A stretch of 64,000 bases of DNA, from assembly GCA_963675245.1 (NCBI GenBank), contig OY775910.1, positions 800,001 to 864,000 of the forward strand, given 5' to 3'. Both the position numbers and the translations under genes were made by a program. The notes below the pieces were generated by a model, which did no database searches, was not told the DNA's origin, and was given only the letters and a program-made list of their open reading frames with translations. Each line of letters opens with the position of its first letter. Position 1 is the stretch's first letter. Source of the stretch: Acholeplasmataceae bacterium (GTDB taxonomy: Bacteria; Bacillota_I; Bacilli_A; Acholeplasmatales; Acholeplasmataceae). Below, piece after piece: positions 62,571 through 64,000 of this stretch.

Positions 62571-62571
62571 T

Positions 62572-63129
62572 ATGAAAAAGATATTTATTGTAATAGGTAT
62601 CGTAATTGCTATTACGTTTACGATGACATTGATTATTAATGTAACAGCGTTATCTCGTATATTTCCTGATAACAACGATAATCAGTATCGCATGTATGAG
62701 AATATCGATACCTTTGAGTTTTCCTATTTACATTTAAGTGATGCAGAACAAACCATCATCGATCAAAATTTTGCTCAGTACTTAATTGATTCAAGTTTTG
62801 ACACAGTATCTTCATCTGAAGGTTTGATAATCATTAATGCGTTTAAAACCAATTTATTAGACGATGAGGAATTCACATATGAATCATATTATTATGGTGG
62901 TATGATGGGCAGAAGATATGACATGTGTGATGATGATTTTGATGCATACGCATCATATGAATGGCGATATGTCCATTTAGATAATGAGAGCCGAAATCTC
63001 GTTGATCAGACATATGTAGCACAGTTAATGACGATTGATTTCACAGCGTTAACTTTAACTGAAGTTGTATCAGAAATAGACGCTGTTAAAACGTATATGG
63101 TGACATATATCGAATCTTTAAATATTTAA
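62572..63129 (+). CDS. Hypothetical membrane-anchored protein with internal duplication
   Basis: N-terminal TM; YLHLS..Q..IDQ and YVHLD..R..VDQ repeats around GGMMG. Confidence 0.7.
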   Translation: MKKIFIVIGIVIAITFTMTLIINVTALSRIFPDNNDNQYRMYENIDTFEFSYLHLSDAEQTIIDQNFAQYLIDSSFDTVSSSEGLIIINAFKTNLLDDEEFTYESYYYGGMMGRRYDMCDDDFDAYASYEWRYVHLDNESRNLVDQTYVAQLMTIDFTALTLTEVVSEIDAVKTYMVTYIESLNI

Positions 63130-63202
63130 CTGGATTAAGTGAGCAGTGTGAATACACATACTCACTTTTTATTTATTGTATAATAAGATTGGAAGTGAAA
63201 AT

Positions 63203-63886
63203 ATGACTATTTTAATCGTTGAAGACTATTTAAAAATTAACCAACTAATCGCCAGGTTTGCAAGAGATGAGGGTTTTGACGTTTCTCAAGCGTTTAATGC
63301 TGAAGATGCGTTTAAGTTATTAAATAAAGAAAAATTTGATGTCATCATTCTAGACTTGATGTTACCAAACATGCAAGGAGAAACATTTATTAAACGCGTC
63401 AGAGAAGTGAGTGATATTTATATCATGGTTTTGTCTGCCAAAGTTGAGGTTTCTGGTCGTATTGATGTATTGTCAATGGGGGCTGACGATTATATGACAA
63501 AACCTTTTTCAATTGAAGAAATTATAGCGAAACTTAAAAATATCGAAAAACGTCTTGTGATCAATTCAGCTACGATTCTCTCATTTAATCAAGAAGATTT
63601 AGAAATCCATCCATTGAGTAGAGAGGTCTTTTTTCGAAAACAAGTTATAAGTTTCACAGCATATGAATATAATATTTTATATTATCTATCTAGTCATCCT
63701 AATACAGTGTTTACGAGAGATCAAATTATCGAAAATTGCTTTGATGATAGTGATGCATTTGATCGTGTCGTTGATGTGTTTATTAAAAATATTAGAAAAA
63801 AAATTAGTCCAGAAAACGAAGATTTCGATTATATAAAAACACAATATGGTGTTGGATACAAATTTGTAGGTATCAAAGATGAGTAG
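63203..63886 (+). CDS. OmpR-family response regulator
   Basis: VED, LDLMLP, GADDYMTKPF, winged helix VDV.IKNIRKK..T.YGVGYK. Confidence 0.93.
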   Translation: MTILIVEDYLKINQLIARFARDEGFDVSQAFNAEDAFKLLNKEKFDVIILDLMLPNMQGETFIKRVREVSDIYIMVLSAKVEVSGRIDVLSMGADDYMTKPFSIEEIIAKLKNIEKRLVINSATILSFNQEDLEIHPLSREVFFRKQVISFTAYEYNILYYLSSHPNTVFTRDQIIENCFDDSDAFDRVVDVFIKNIRKKISPENEDFDYIKTQYGVGYKFVGIKDE

Positions 63887-64000
63887 CATAAAAAAGTTAT
63901 TAGCATACAATGTATTTAAATATGTCTTATCCATATTTTTAACCATGATTTTATTGTTAAATGTTTCTTTTTATATTTATGTCAGTGTCCAATACAGAAC
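63879..64000 (+). CDS. Probable sensor histidine kinase, N-terminus only (truncated by window)
   Basis: Overlaps regulator stop; MSSIKKLL followed by a TM helix; kinase identity inferred from position. Confidence 0.55.
   Translation, partial: MSSIKKLLAYNVFKYVLSIFLTMILLLNVSFYIYVSVQYR

Overview
This window looks like chromosome from a low-GC, wall-less Acholeplasmataceae-like bacterium (inference: TGA is used as a stop codon, and gene content and order fit). Positions 1-49.4 kb are mostly housekeeping: the end of the spc/alpha ribosomal operon, ECF transporter, truA-tmk-holB-ricT-rsmI, T-box-controlled metG, fructose PTS, a guanine-riboswitch purine permease, feoAB, speAB and pdhABCD. Two IS elements interrupt it. 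An ISL3 has an 8-bp target duplication. An IS110 sits exactly between the Shine-Dalgarno and ATG of pdhD. Its non-coding end contains a complete, readable bridge-RNA-like arrangement: two guides matching the flanking target, two matching its own ends, and a sigma70 promoter that forms only at the circle junction. Downstream of tRNA-Thr(CGT) lies an AT-rich island with no integrase. It is divided into modules by repeated, progressively decayed copies of the tRNA 3' end and its flanks. The modules carry an ApeA-like HEPN gene, a compact type II CBASS (CD-NTase ending Gly-Asp, Cap2, Cap3, 2TM-SAVED), a TIGR02391-like fusion and uncharacterised membrane genes. The window ends in a CopB/two-component copper locus. 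All family assignments come from motif recognition by eye, not database searches.
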